Notes under the pieces: generated by a model
Seen by the model: only the letters and a program-made list of their open reading frames with translations
Told to the model about the DNA's origin: nothing
Databases searched by the model: none
In this document: in pieces, positions 45,146-57,488 of the stretch
How the letters are laid out: the number at the start of each line of letters is the position of its first letter
Position numbering within the stretch: position 1 is the stretch's first letter
Made by a program: the position numbers and the translations under genes
Assembly: GCA_017647405.1 (NCBI GenBank)
Contig: JAGCKR010000064.1
Location: 9,988 to 73,987, forward strand
DNA from: Alphaproteobacteria bacterium
GTDB lineage: Bacteria > Pseudomonadota > Alphaproteobacteria > CAAHEQ01 > UBA3637
Direction of reading: 5' to 3'
DNA: 64,000 nt

Positions 45146-47502
45146 AAGTTTCTTTAAGTGCATTAAAAAGTTATTTAAAAACAGAGGCGTCTGTAACCGA
45201 AATTTCGGATACCTTAACTTCAATTGGTTTGGAAGTTGAAGAAGTGATTGATAAAGGTGCCGAACTTCAAGGGTTTGTTATCGGTGAAATTAAAGCGGTT
45301 GAAAATCATCCCAATGCTGATAAGTTGCATGTTCTTCGTGTTTCAAATGGGAAAGAAATTCTTCAAATTGTTTGTGGAGCACCCAATGTTTATGAAGGAA
45401 TGAAATCTATTTTGGCACAGCCGGGAGTAATGATCCCTTGTTATGGAGAACGGTTGGAAAAAGGTGTTATTCGTGGGGTTGAAAGCTGCGGGATGCTTTG
45501 CTCTGAAAAGGAATTAAATTTGGGGTCAGATCATTCAGGTATTTTAGATTTAAAAACTGATTTGCCTGCTGGAACACCTGCTAGTGAATTTTTTAATGCC
45601 GATGTTATTTTTGATGTTAATGTAACGCCAAACAGAGGTGATTGCTTTGGTGTTAAAGGTATTGCTCGAGATTTATCTGCCACTGGTATTGGTGAATTTA
45701 TTTATGAAGAGGCTAAAGATATCCAAGGAACATTTAAATCTCCGATTAATGTTCATATTGAAGATGAAAACTGTTTGGAATTTGCCGGTCGTTATATCAA
45801 AAACGTAAAAAATGGCCCAAGTCCGAAGTGGATGCAAGACTTTTTAATTTCAATGGGGTTGCGCCCGATTTCGGCTTTGGTTGATATTACCAACTATTTG
45901 AATTTGGCAGAATGCAGACCACTTCATGTGTTTGACGCTGATAAGTTAACGGGTGATTTATATGTTCGTTCAGCAAAAGAAGGCGAAACATTAAAAGCTT
46001 TGGACGAAAAAGAATATATCCTAAAAGAAGGTATGTTAGTCATTGCTGATGAAAAAAAAGCACAAAGCATTGCCGGCGTGATGGGTGGTGAAGAAACGGG
46101 TTGTTCTGATGAAACCGTGAATGTTTTCTTGGAATCTGCGTATTTTAATCCGATTTCAATTGCCTCAACCGGGCGTATTTTGAATGCGGAATCAGATTCA
46201 AGAACAAGATTTGAACGTGGCATAGACTCAGCTTCTCAAATCAGTGGAAATAACAGAGCAACACAATTAATTTTAGATATTTGTGGCGGTGAAGCTTCAG
46301 ATCTTATTGTTGTTGGAAAAGGAGCAGGTCAAACGCATGAAATTGATTTTGATTTTAACGAAATTAAACGTTTATGTGGGTTTGAAATCCCTCATGAAAA
46401 AGTTGTTCAAATTTTGCAAAGTTTAGGCTTTAAAGTAAATGGCAATAAAATAACAGTTCCGACATGGAGAACAAATGATGTTTGCTTAAAAGCTGATATT
46501 GTTGAGGAAGTTGTTCGAATTTATGGACTGGATGAGTTGCCGGTAGCACCTCTTCGTCCTGAAGAGCTTACAACAAGTATCTTATTGCCACATCAAAAAC
46601 GGGAAATTGCGATTAGACGGTCTTTGGCTCATCGTGGTCTTAATCAAGCAATTACTTGGTCATTTATGGATTCAAAATTAGCAAAATATTTTGATTCAAA
46701 AGGGATCTTAATCGCTAATCCGATTGCTTCTGATTTAGATGAGATGCGTCCGAGTTTAGTGCCGAATTTACTTTCTGCTGTTAAACGCAATCAAGATAGA
46801 GGCATTAAAGATGTTCAATTATTTGAGGTCGGTCCTGAATTTTATTCAGCAACACCAAATGAACAGCGTATGGTTGCTTGTGGGGTGAGAGCTGGTTCAT
46901 TTTATCCGCGTCATTTCTTAACGGATAATCGTTCAGTTGATATTTTTGATGCTAAGGCTGATGCATTAGATGCGTTATGCGCTATTGATGCACCGCAAAA
47001 TCTTCAAGTTGCAAGACGTGCTCCATCTTGGTATCATCCGGGGCGTTCTGGTTCCTTTGTTTTGGGCAAAAATGTTGTAGCCCATTTTGGAGAAATTCAT
47101 CCAGCTATTTTAAAAGTTTTTGATATTAAAACACCGGTGGTTGCATTTGAAGTTTATATGGATAATGTGCCTCAACCAAGAGCTAAGTCAAAATCACAAA
47201 AACTTTTGAAGATGTCTAACTTAATGCCGTTTACAAGAGATTTTGCTTTTGTGATGGATCGAGATGTTGATGCAGCAAAAGTTTTGTCAGCGATTTCAAA
47301 CGTTGATAAAGAAAAAATCACAAATGTAACTGTTTTTGACGTTTATGAAGGCGAAAAATTACCTGAAAACAAAAAATCATTGGCAATTCAGGTAACGGTT
47401 TCGCCGGTTGAAAAAACAATGACGGATAAAGAAATTGAAATTTTAAGCGTTCAAATTATCAATGCTGTTCAAAAAGCAACTGGCGCTGAGTTAAGAGCTT
47501 AA
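45142..47502 (+). CDS. pheT: Phenylalanine--tRNA ligase beta subunit
   Basis: N-terminal tRNA-binding domain (VIGEIKAVENHPNADKLHVLRV), then B3/4, B5 and FDX-ACB regions. Its ATG overlaps the pheS TGA. Confidence 0.95.
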   Translation: MKVSLSALKSYLKTEASVTEISDTLTSIGLEVEEVIDKGAELQGFVIGEIKAVENHPNADKLHVLRVSNGKEILQIVCGAPNVYEGMKSILAQPGVMIPCYGERLEKGVIRGVESCGMLCSEKELNLGSDHSGILDLKTDLPAGTPASEFFNADVIFDVNVTPNRGDCFGVKGIARDLSATGIGEFIYEEAKDIQGTFKSPINVHIEDENCLEFAGRYIKNVKNGPSPKWMQDFLISMGLRPISALVDITNYLNLAECRPLHVFDADKLTGDLYVRSAKEGETLKALDEKEYILKEGMLVIADEKKAQSIAGVMGGEETGCSDETVNVFLESAYFNPISIASTGRILNAESDSRTRFERGIDSASQISGNNRATQLILDICGGEASDLIVVGKGAGQTHEIDFDFNEIKRLCGFEIPHEKVVQILQSLGFKVNGNKITVPTWRTNDVCLKADIVEEVVRIYGLDELPVAPLRPEELTTSILLPHQKREIAIRRSLAHRGLNQAITWSFMDSKLAKYFDSKGILIANPIASDLDEMRPSLVPNLLSAVKRNQDRGIKDVQLFEVGPEFYSATPNEQRMVACGVRAGSFYPRHFLTDNRSVDIFDAKADALDALCAIDAPQNLQVARRAPSWYHPGRSGSFVLGKNVVAHFGEIHPAILKVFDIKTPVVAFEVYMDNVPQPRAKSKSQKLLKMSNLMPFTRDFAFVMDRDVDAAKVLSAISNVDKEKITNVTVFDVYEGEKLPENKKSLAIQVTVSPVEKTMTDKEIEILSVQIINAVQKATGAELRA

Positions 47503-47511
47503 AATTAAAAG

Positions 47512-47546
47512 AAAAAAAGACAGGCGGTTTTACCGCCTGTTTTTTA
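47512..47546 (+). terminator. Rho-independent terminator after pheT
   Basis: ACAGGCGG-tttta-CCGCCTGT followed by T6. Confidence 0.85.
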
Positions 47547-47678
47547 ATTGGTATTTTTTGATAGGATTAGACTTGAATTTTTTTAAGTGAACAAATATTT
47601 TTATGACAGAAATATGAAAAAAAGTTTTTTATAAAAAAAAGACTTTCTTTTTAATTTTTTTTATTTTATATTAAAATT

Positions 47679-47697
47679 GTTAATGATAATAATTACT
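47679..47697. promoter_or_regulatory. Fur-box-like operator candidate
   Basis: GTTAATGATAATAATTACT matches 15 of 19 positions of GATAATGATAATCATTATC. It lies just upstream of the ygiW-like RBS. Confidence 0.3.
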
Positions 47698-47711
47698 ATT
47701 AAGGAGTTCAA

Positions 47712-48089
47712 ATGAAAAAAATAGTTCACACTTCTCTTTTTGCCCTTTTAGTGGCATTTTCTTGTGTTGCAAGTGCCGGCTTTGAACCGAATGCACCGGT
47801 AGCACAAGGAGGATTTAAAGGTCCATCAAATGGCGTTACAACAGTTGCTGATGCATTAAAAGCAAAAGATGATACGCTTGTTCAATTAACGGGCCATATT
47901 GAAAAAGAAACAGCTAAAGAAAAATATGAATTTAGAGATTCAACCGGTGCAATAGTGGTTGAAATTGATAATGATGATTGGAATGGGTTAACTGTAACAC
48001 CGGCTGATACGGTCATAATTTATGGTGAAGTAGATAAAGAGATTATGCACGCACCGGAAATAGATGTTGATCGAATTGAAAAAAAATAA
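47712..48089 (+). CDS. Periplasmic OB-fold protein, YgiW/BOF family
   Basis: Signal peptide and GFKGPSNGVTTVADALKAKDDTLVQLTGHIEKE...YEFRDSTGAIVVEIDNDDW. Confidence 0.75.
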   Translation: MKKIVHTSLFALLVAFSCVASAGFEPNAPVAQGGFKGPSNGVTTVADALKAKDDTLVQLTGHIEKETAKEKYEFRDSTGAIVVEIDNDDWNGLTVTPADTVIIYGEVDKEIMHAPEIDVDRIEKK

Positions 48090-48108
48090 GTTAATTGTCT
48101 CCCTCTTT

Positions 48109-48139
48109 AAAACCGCTCTTTTATTTAGAGCGGTTTTTG
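48109..48139 (+). terminator. Rho-independent terminator
   Basis: AACCGCTCT-7 nt-AGAGCGGTT followed by a T-run. Confidence 0.8.
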
Positions 48140-48528
48140 TTTGGTAAATGTTAGATGCTATGATAAAGTCAATTTGGGGAAAAATTAAGGAGTGGAAAAT
48201 ATATTACCATTTTATTGGATGCTAAATATATTCCTTTAGCATTATATTTTTCGCAAAAACAGAGTAATTGTGATAAATATGAAGAAATACCGGAAAATAT
48301 TTTTAAGATTTTAAAAACAAGATATTCCTCATATGAGGATCCGAAATGTTTTGAAACACATCTTGCTGTTTAAAAAAAATGATCAGTTAAAAGATTTTGT
48401 GAGTAAGTGTAGAGAATAAATTTTAAATAAGTTTTTTAATGAGAGAAAATGCTCTTTTTTTGAGGGCATTTTTATTATTGTCAAAAAGATGAAAAGATGG
48501 TATCCTATAAGAAGAGGAGGGACTTTTT

Positions 48529-49341
48529 ATGGTTCAGGTAACACTTTTAACTGAAGAGCAAATTTGGGGCGAGAATGCGCTTGAAGTGATTAAAAAATAC
48601 GGCACAAAAGTGGCATTAAGTGATTTGGCTATTGTTTTAGGAGGGTGGCTGGGAAGTGCCGGAACAACAATTGAAGGTGATCGTTCTGGCTATATTTGGA
48701 CAGCATCCGGTTTAATTGATTTGGGTCTTGTTAGAACGATTACGCATGCGGGTGATCTTTGTTATTATTATCCAAATCGGCGCCGAGATGGTGTTCGTCC
48801 GGTATTGCTTAAAAAGGAAACGGATAAAATTAAAAACGCCAAAATTAAAAAAGTTTTGCTACCGAATGATTTGGAAGTGACGATGGCCGTTTTTGGCGAA
48901 TATCCGCAAAAATCGGTTAAGATCAAGTTAAGTGATTTACTTGAAAAAATGTATCATAATCGGGAGTTGAAAAAAACAAAAAGGTATTTTACATTTGATA
49001 CTGCTGGTTTAACGGATTATGAACATCCTTTTAAACCCAAACTCTATTTTGTTTATGAACATGAAGGTAAAAAATATATTCGGGTTGAAGGGCGGCCGGC
49101 AGACAGTGACTCGATTCTTTCGAATGGAAAGGATGTTCAAATTGGAGAACCATATTGGATTGAAGTGTTGCCGATTAAATGGTTGGTTGATGAAAAAACA
49201 GGGATTTGGATTTCGAAAAAAGCACTTATCAGTGGTATTCGATTTGGTAAAGATGATTTTTATGATGGAAAATTTGAAAAAACGGACATGCGCGCATATC
49301 TGAAAGATTATTTTGCAAAAGAGATGCTTCAAAAAGAGTGA
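48529..49341 (+). CDS. Hypothetical protein
   Basis: 270-aa ORF with a GGAGG RBS. The FGEYPQ and PIKWLV motifs recall a domain of unknown function (possibly DUF6273-like). That identification is from memory and weak. Confidence 0.5.
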   Translation: MVQVTLLTEEQIWGENALEVIKKYGTKVALSDLAIVLGGWLGSAGTTIEGDRSGYIWTASGLIDLGLVRTITHAGDLCYYYPNRRRDGVRPVLLKKETDKIKNAKIKKVLLPNDLEVTMAVFGEYPQKSVKIKLSDLLEKMYHNRELKKTKRYFTFDTAGLTDYEHPFKPKLYFVYEHEGKKYIRVEGRPADSDSILSNGKDVQIGEPYWIEVLPIKWLVDEKTGIWISKKALISGIRFGKDDFYDGKFEKTDMRAYLKDYFAKEMLQKE

Positions 49342-49348
49342 TATTTCC

Positions 49349-49951
49349 ATGGAATTGATAGATGTTTTTAATGCGCAAGGTGAATTTTTAGAAGTTGCGA
49401 CAATAGATGATGTTCATCAAAAAGGGTTATGGCATCAAACAGTGGCTTATTGGCTTTTTAATCCGATTAAAAAAGAAGTTTATTTGCAGTTGCGTGGACC
49501 TAAAAATAGGGTGGGAGCGAATACATTTGATGCAACAGCTGGAGGGCATTTATCTGCAGGAGAAACAAAAGAACAAGGAATTCGGGAAGTCCAAGAAGAA
49601 CTTGGTGTTTTGATTCAAAATAAGGATGTTTATTATTTTAAAAGATTTTTAAATCAAGCTGTTTTAGGGATGTATAGAAATAATGAGTTTTGCCATATTT
49701 ATTTGGTCAACACTTTATATTCATTATGGGATTTTTCTCCTGAAAAAGGAGAGGTTGCAAATATTTTTGCTTTAAAAATAAGAGATATTCCTGCTTTTTT
49801 GAGAGGAAGTTTGGTTGAAATTTGTGGAAAACGGGAAACACGGCAAATTTCAATTAAAGAAATGTGTTTATCTGATAAAAGAATTGCAAACAAATATTAT
49901 GAATCCGTTTTAAAAGAGATTCAAAAAAGATGTGAAAAAGGAGAGAATTGA
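49349..49951 (+). CDS. NUDIX hydrolase (Idi/YfcD-like subfamily)
   Basis: GLWHQTVAYWLFN...GGHLSAGETKEQGIREVQEELGV (Nudix box with a one-residue-shorter spacer). Confidence 0.75.
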   Translation: MELIDVFNAQGEFLEVATIDDVHQKGLWHQTVAYWLFNPIKKEVYLQLRGPKNRVGANTFDATAGGHLSAGETKEQGIREVQEELGVLIQNKDVYYFKRFLNQAVLGMYRNNEFCHIYLVNTLYSLWDFSPEKGEVANIFALKIRDIPAFLRGSLVEICGKRETRQISIKEMCLSDKRIANKYYESVLKEIQKRCEKGEN

Positions 49952-50070
49952 AAAATCAATTTAATTCCCTTTAAATGTTATTTATTGAGAGGATTAGTGA
50001 AAAAATAATTAAAAAAAGGTCTTGAGGCACCAAAACCTTTTGATCTTTTATAAAAAGAGAAGTGTTATTT

Positions 50071-50226
50071 TTAGGGTGTTTTTTTCCAAGTATCATCTAT
50101 GCGGGAAGCTTTTTTTTGCTCCCAGTTATTTTGTTTTTTTAACTTAGCCCAAAAACTAGCGTGGGCTGAAAAAGATCCTAAACAAAAAACGGATATCAAA
50201 ATTGCAAGTAAAATTTTTTTCATTTT
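50071..50226 (-). CDS. Small secreted protein (hypothetical)
   Basis: GGAGG RBS and signal peptide MKKILLAILISVFCLGSFSAHA. 51 aa. Confidence 0.4.
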   Translation of the reverse strand, partial: KMKKILLAILISVFCLGSFSAHASFWAKLKKQNNWEQKKASRIDDTWKKTP

Positions 50227-50299
50227 ATCCTCCTTTTTTCTTTCTTCTTTTATTATAGCATATTTTTGCTGAAAGAACAAATAAAAGTTTTGGATATAA

Positions 50300-50325
50300 A
50301 AAAACCCCTTTCGGGGCTTATTTTA
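50300..50325 (-). terminator. Rho-independent terminator after rpmJ
   Basis: On the minus strand, GCCCCGAAAGGGGTTTTTTT. Confidence 0.75.
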
Positions 50326-50334
50326 CTGTTTGGA

Positions 50335-50460
50335 TTAACCTTGTTTAGCTTTCAATTTTGGCTTTTTCTTGTTAATCACATAAACACTGCCTTTACGACG
50401 AACAACGATACAATCTTTATCGCGCATCTTGGCTGATTTTAATGAACAACGAACTTTCAT
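50335..50460 (-). CDS. rpmJ: 50S ribosomal protein L36 (long alphaproteobacterial type)
   Basis: Hand translation gives [41 protein letters not shown]. It is below the ORF-track size cutoff. Confidence 0.9.
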   Translation of the reverse strand: MKVRCSLKSAKMRDKDCIVVRRKGSVYVINKKKPKLKAKQG

Positions 50461-50536
50461 GATACGACCCTTTCTTAAAACTTAACCGATAAGTAACGGC
50501 ATTATATATAATAAAAAACTCTTTGTCAAGTGCTTT

Positions 50537-52069
50537 TTATTGATTTTGATATCTTTTTTCTCTTCTGTTTGTTAATAGAGCAAAGATAAAAATCATGAAA
50601 ATCATTAAAAGAGGCAGAGTATTTCCATATTTTGAAAAGAGTGTTGGCGGATTGGAACGGGGAAGGGATGTGTCTAAAACCCCTTGTTTCCCAAGTGGTA
50701 ATGAGGCAATAATTTCTCCGTAAGGATTAATGACAGCACTGACTCCGTTATTAGTAGCGCGTACAAGAGGTAACCCCTCTTCAACGGCGCGCATTTGGGC
50801 AATACTTAAATGTTGATATGGGCCGGCAGAAATGCCATACCAAGCGTCATTGGTTATATTTAAAAGCCATTCAGGGCGTTTTTCTTTATTCACCACGTGT
50901 CCTGAAAAAATCACTTCGTAGCAAACAAGCGGAGAAACTGGTGGTGCTTTAGGAATAAATAATGTTTGAAGCCCGGAACCTTTTTTAAAATCTGCAGGTA
51001 TAGGCACAATTTTATCGATTTTTAAAACCTCTCTAAATGGCACATATTCGCCGAATGGGACTAAATGAGATTTATCATAGTATCCGATAATATTTGCTAA
51101 GTGATCAAAAACAAATAAAGAATTTGCTAGTTCTCTTTTTCTAAGATTTATAATGCGCATGCCTCCGGCCAATAAAACAGAGCCTTGTCTTAATGCGCCC
51201 ATTAAACGCAAGCGTTCCACCTCATCAATATCCGGATAAAATGGTAAAGCTGATTCCGGCCAAATTACATGAGTGATATTTTGATTTTTTTCGCGCGAAA
51301 GAGTGAGAAGTTGATTATAATTATCTTGTGCTTTATTTTTATCCCATTTATAAGATTGAGGGATATTGGGTTGAACTAATCTCAAATGAACACCCCAAAC
51401 CATTTCATTTTTATTTTCAATAAGAGATAGAGTACCTCCAAATGAAAAAAGGCAAAAAATAAGACTAAGAAGAATCACATATCTTTTTTTAGGCAGTAGC
51501 GCAAATGATGTGAAAAACAACAATGTGATCAATGAAAGACCCAATACGCCGATTAAAGATGCTGTTTGCAAAAAAGGAAGGAATGTTGTCCAAATATTGC
51601 CGATTTGATTCCAAGGGAAACCTGTGAAAATCCATGAACGGACCCATTCAAAAAAAGCAAAGAAGCTGGAAAATGCCAGCCATTTTGCAATCCCTTTTTT
51701 AAAGAAAAAAGAGCAAATTGCGGGTAACATAAAAAAAAGACCCATAAAAAGAGCAAAACCTAACAGCGCCACCGGAATAAATATAGAAAAGGCTCCACCA
51801 TCAATTAGAAAGGCATTTGTGATCCATTTTAGGGAGAAGACACCTAATCCTGCGCCAAATGAAAAAGAAAAAAGCGCGGTTTGTTTTTTTGTTTGAGCTT
51901 GATTTAAAAAACTCATTAAACATGTTAATCCGATTAAAAGGAAAAACAAAAGATAATAAGGGGCAAAAGAAAAAGCGGAACATCCTCCTAATAAAAAGAG
52001 CAAAACGGATTTTTTGAAAGAAGGCATCTTTTTTATATATGATTGAAAAGAAAGAAGAATTCGTTTCAT
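50537..52069 (-). CDS. lnt: Apolipoprotein N-acyltransferase
   Basis: About 7 N-terminal TMs and a CN-hydrolase domain with VIWPES, a Lys region and the PLVCYEVIF catalytic Cys. Confidence 0.9.
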   Translation of the reverse strand: MKRILLSFQSYIKKMPSFKKSVLLFLLGGCSAFSFAPYYLLFFLLIGLTCLMSFLNQAQTKKQTALFSFSFGAGLGVFSLKWITNAFLIDGGAFSIFIPVALLGFALFMGLFFMLPAICSFFFKKGIAKWLAFSSFFAFFEWVRSWIFTGFPWNQIGNIWTTFLPFLQTASLIGVLGLSLITLLFFTSFALLPKKRYVILLSLIFCLFSFGGTLSLIENKNEMVWGVHLRLVQPNIPQSYKWDKNKAQDNYNQLLTLSREKNQNITHVIWPESALPFYPDIDEVERLRLMGALRQGSVLLAGGMRIINLRKRELANSLFVFDHLANIIGYYDKSHLVPFGEYVPFREVLKIDKIVPIPADFKKGSGLQTLFIPKAPPVSPLVCYEVIFSGHVVNKEKRPEWLLNITNDAWYGISAGPYQHLSIAQMRAVEEGLPLVRATNNGVSAVINPYGEIIASLPLGKQGVLDTSLPRSNPPTLFSKYGNTLPLLMIFMIFIFALLTNRREKRYQNQ

Positions 52070-52079
52070 TTTTTTGCCT

Positions 52080-54081
<2,002 letters not shown>

Positions 54082-55167
54082 TTATTGCTCTTGTGCCATT
54101 GCGCCGGAAACGACTTCGGCAATATCTGTTGTAATTTTTGATTGTCTGGTTCTTCTGTAAATTTTTTGCATATCATGAAGCATATCGCTGGCATTTTTTG
54201 TTGCATTATCCATTGCCATTAAACGGGCAGCATTGTCAGCAACTTCTGTTTCAATTAAAACGCGGTTCACATATGCGGTCATATATTGAGGTAAAATGCG
54301 TTCTAAAATCCCTAAATCTCCCCCTTCATAATCATACATTTCGGGTTCTCTGGTCGGTTGTTTTAGCAAGGTGGCATCCAAAGCGCCAAACGGGGAAAAT
54401 AAATCCCCTTTACCAAAGGCCTTTAAAAAGCTTGTTTGTTTAAGCGCAATCTTTTTTTGACCTAAAACGTCTCTGGAAATATAATCGAGATCATTGGTGT
54501 CAATTAAAAATTGCCAAGGGTTTTCTTCTGAAAACATTTTACCAGGGATAAGCTGTTCAATGGTTGGACGTTGTGAAACAACGGATTTAAATTGATTGTA
54601 TATGAAAAGACAAACGTCAAATTTATCTTGATAAAAGGCCTTTGTCAGATCACTTGAAAGACGTTCGGCATCCAAATAGCTTTCATTTGAATTAAAAACT
54701 TTTTTCTTAACGGTAATAATTCTGATGTTTGGGTAAAAACGTTTTAAAATTTCAGCACCCTTTGTTCCAAAACAAAGAAGTGTTATCTCTTTATTTTCTT
54801 TTTGAAGATATTTAACAACTTCTTGCGTTTTTTGAACAACCTGAACATTTGAAGCCCCACTTAATCCATCATCTGATGTGATAACAACAAGAGTATATTT
54901 TAAATCTTTTCCATTTCCTTTTAAAAGGCGTGGTAATGGTAAAAGAGTGGGATCATTTTGCCAAATTAAATCTTCTTGGCGTTTGGTCGCACTTCTGATT
55001 AACCGACGGATAACGCGGTTCATTTCCGTCATATAAGGTGTTGTTTTCATAAAAGTAGTTTGCAGTTTTTTCAGTCTTGAAATGGCAACCACTTTCATTG
55101 AAGAGGTGACCTGATAAGTTGATTTAATCGTTTTTATCCGGTCGGATATCTTTTTTAATGAGCTCAT
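54082..55167 (-). CDS. atpG: ATP synthase F1 gamma subunit (with a ~50-aa internal insertion)
   Basis: N-terminal [21 protein letters not shown] and C-terminal [12 protein letters not shown]...[16 protein letters not shown] helices. 361 aa. Confidence 0.9.
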   Translation of the reverse strand: MSSLKKISDRIKTIKSTYQVTSSMKVVAISRLKKLQTTFMKTTPYMTEMNRVIRRLIRSATKRQEDLIWQNDPTLLPLPRLLKGNGKDLKYTLVVITSDDGLSGASNVQVVQKTQEVVKYLQKENKEITLLCFGTKGAEILKRFYPNIRIITVKKKVFNSNESYLDAERLSSDLTKAFYQDKFDVCLFIYNQFKSVVSQRPTIEQLIPGKMFSEENPWQFLIDTNDLDYISRDVLGQKKIALKQTSFLKAFGKGDLFSPFGALDATLLKQPTREPEMYDYEGGDLGILERILPQYMTAYVNRVLIETEVADNAARLMAMDNATKNASDMLHDMQKIYRRTRQSKITTDIAEVVSGAMAQEQ

Positions 55168-56960
55168 TCGTCATCGGTTCCCATTGTTGCTGATAAATCT
55201 TTAAGTACACTGCTTAATTTTTCTTTTGTTTCTTCTGTTAGGTCATTGGTTGATAGGATACTTTCAATGATTTCTTTATGCTCTTTTTCAACCGTTTTGA
55301 GAAGTTTTTCTTCAAAAGCAGAGATATTATCTAATGGAATTTTATCCAAATACCCATTTACCCCTGCAAAAATGGAAATGACTTCTTCGGCCATGGAATA
55401 AGGATGATATTGTTTTTGTTTCATGATTTCCGTTAGACGAGAACCCCTGTTAAGTAAAGCTTGTGTCGCTGGATCCAAATCCGATGCAAATTGAGAAAAG
55501 TTCATTACTTCGCGATATTGGGCTAAATCAAGTTTTAAAGAGCCGGCAACTTTTTTCATGGCTTTGCTTTGAGCAGCTGAACCTACACGGCTGACGGATA
55601 ACCCAACGTTAATGGCTGGACGAACCCCTTGTAAAAAGAGATTTGTTTCCAAAAAGATTTGTCCGTCAGTGATGGAAATAACGTTTGTTGGAATATAGGC
55701 TGAAACGTCGCCTTCTTGCGTTTCAATCACTGGTAATGCTGTGAGCGAGCCACCACCATATTCTTTACTGAGCTGGGCGGCGCGTTCCAATAAACGGGAG
55801 TGTAAGTAAAAAACGTCACCTGGATAAGCTTCGCGCCCTGTCGGACGTTTAAGTAATAAACTCATTTCGCGATAGGCAACGGCATGTTTGGAAAGGTCGT
55901 CATAAAAGACGATGGCATTCATGGAGTTATCTCTGAAATATTCCCCAATAGTACAACCAGCATAAGGAGCTAGATATTGCATGGCAGCGCTATCAGAAGC
56001 TGTTGCTGAAACAATAACTGTATATTCCATGGCTCCGTTTTCTTCTAAAATGCGCATAATATCGCGAACAGTTGATTGTTTTTGGCCGATAGCGACATAG
56101 ATACAGAATAATTTTTCAGAATCTGGTAAAACAGCATTTTTTTCTTTTTGGCTTAAAATAGTATCTAAAATAATAGCTGTTTTCCCTGTTTGACGATCGC
56201 CAATAATTAATTCGCGTTGCCCTCTGCCGATTGGAACAAGGGAGTCAATCCCTTTAATCCCAGTTTGAATCGGTTTATTAACGGAGCTTCTGGCAATAAT
56301 TCCCGGAGCGGGAGCCATCACTGGTTTGTGCGGTAAATCATTAAATCCTTCTTTCCCATCAATAGGGGCTCCCAGAGGGTTGATAACCCGACCTAATAGT
56401 TCCATGCCGACAGGAACAGTGTTCATCTGATTGGTTCTAGCAACGAAGGCACCTTCTTTAATGTTTTGTGCATCGTTAAAGATAACAATATCTACTACAT
56501 CCGGATTTAAGTTTAAGGCCATACCAGTTTGACCAGATTCAAATTCAACGCGTTCACCAGAGGCGATGGATTTTAATCCTTCAACTCTGGCAACCCCATC
56601 GGAAACGGATAGAACTTTACCAATTTCTTTGATTTCTTTTTTTTCTTCAAAGTCTGAAACGGTATCAGAAAAAACTTCGGCAATTTTTGTAACATCAACG
56701 GCTCGGGCGACACGTTTTTCGATTTCTTGTTGAAAAGAGGAAAGTTGACCCTTAACAGATGCATCGATAAGTAGGGAGTCAACATTCAATTTAAGGCCGC
56801 CAAGTAAAGATTCGTTTACTTTTACTTGCAAAATAAAATTATCCGTTTTTAAAATGTCACTTAATCTTGTTCTTAAAGTTGCAAGTTGTTTTTCAGATAA
56901 GCTGATAGCTGATTCAACTTCAACGAATTTTGTTTTATCTAAAGTGTTTGTCATAACCAT
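55164..56960 (-). CDS. atpA: ATP synthase F1 alpha subunit fused N-terminally to a delta (OSCP) C-terminal domain
   Basis: [10 protein letters not shown]-loop and a full alpha core from about aa 95. Residues ~12-85 resemble the delta C-terminal domain ([22 protein letters not shown]). A TAA stop lies immediately 5' of the ATG. Confidence 0.9.
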   Translation of the reverse strand: MVMTNTLDKTKFVEVESAISLSEKQLATLRTRLSDILKTDNFILQVKVNESLLGGLKLNVDSLLIDASVKGQLSSFQQEIEKRVARAVDVTKIAEVFSDTVSDFEEKKEIKEIGKVLSVSDGVARVEGLKSIASGERVEFESGQTGMALNLNPDVVDIVIFNDAQNIKEGAFVARTNQMNTVPVGMELLGRVINPLGAPIDGKEGFNDLPHKPVMAPAPGIIARSSVNKPIQTGIKGIDSLVPIGRGQRELIIGDRQTGKTAIILDTILSQKEKNAVLPDSEKLFCIYVAIGQKQSTVRDIMRILEENGAMEYTVIVSATASDSAAMQYLAPYAGCTIGEYFRDNSMNAIVFYDDLSKHAVAYREMSLLLKRPTGREAYPGDVFYLHSRLLERAAQLSKEYGGGSLTALPVIETQEGDVSAYIPTNVISITDGQIFLETNLFLQGVRPAINVGLSVSRVGSAAQSKAMKKVAGSLKLDLAQYREVMNFSQFASDLDPATQALLNRGSRLTEIMKQKQYHPYSMAEEVISIFAGVNGYLDKIPLDNISAFEEKLLKTVEKEHKEIIESILSTNDLTEETKEKLSSVLKDLSATMGTDDE

Positions 56961-57043
56961 TTAATCCTTTGAAAAAAAATAATGCTTTCTTTTAACATAA
57001 TTATCTGTTTCTTGCAAGAGAAGATAAGTCTTTTTTATAAAAA

Positions 57044-57076
57044 TAAAAAAAAGCACACTTATTGAAAAAGTGTGCT
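57044..57076 (-). terminator. Rho-independent terminator after 57095..57409
   Basis: On the minus strand, AGCACACTT-tttcaat-AAGTGTGCT followed by T8. Confidence 0.8.
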
Positions 57077-57094
57077 TTCATAAAAAGAGTTTGA

Positions 57095-57409
57095 TTATTT
57101 GCTAATATTTTCTTTGATTTCGTTATCGATTTTCATCATGTATCCTTCCTGATATGGGTCTTTACCATTGATCACGTTTTGAGCTTCTTCGAGTCCATAT
57201 TTGTTAGCTTTTGCCCCCAATCTGGAAGAAGCATCAAAAAATAAATGTAGTTGTCTGGAAACAATATTTTTATATTGTGTTAATTGATGAGTTGTTTTGC
57301 CTGTTGTTTCAAAAGGATCCATTCCAAGGAAAAACCATGTTAGGATAAAAAATTCAAGAATGCGTATTCCAATCCAGATGAGAAATTTTTTTAATTTTTC
57401 AAAGTCCAT
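57095..57409 (-). CDS. Hypothetical small membrane protein
   Basis: 104-aa ORF with one TM (FLIWIGIRILEFFILTWFFLG). It has its own terminator. Confidence 0.4.
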   Translation of the reverse strand: MDFEKLKKFLIWIGIRILEFFILTWFFLGMDPFETTGKTTHQLTQYKNIVSRQLHLFFDASSRLGAKANKYGLEEAQNVINGKDPYQEGYMMKIDNEIKENISK

Positions 57410-57488
57410 GAGCTATTTATCCTTTCTTTTGTTAAAAAAGTGGTGCATACTTACCATTAAGTTTAAAGAAAAAAAATAAATATTGCAA

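Noticed and set aside
48215-48373. 52-codon open frame (LDAKYIPLALYFSQKQSNCDKYEEIPENIFKILKTRYSSYEDPKCFETHLAV) in the 440-bp spacer upstream of 48529.
   Set aside because: It has no in-frame ATG. The only start is a TTG without an RBS, because the nearby AAGGAG serves a different, 15-codon frame. It is probably a gene remnant.
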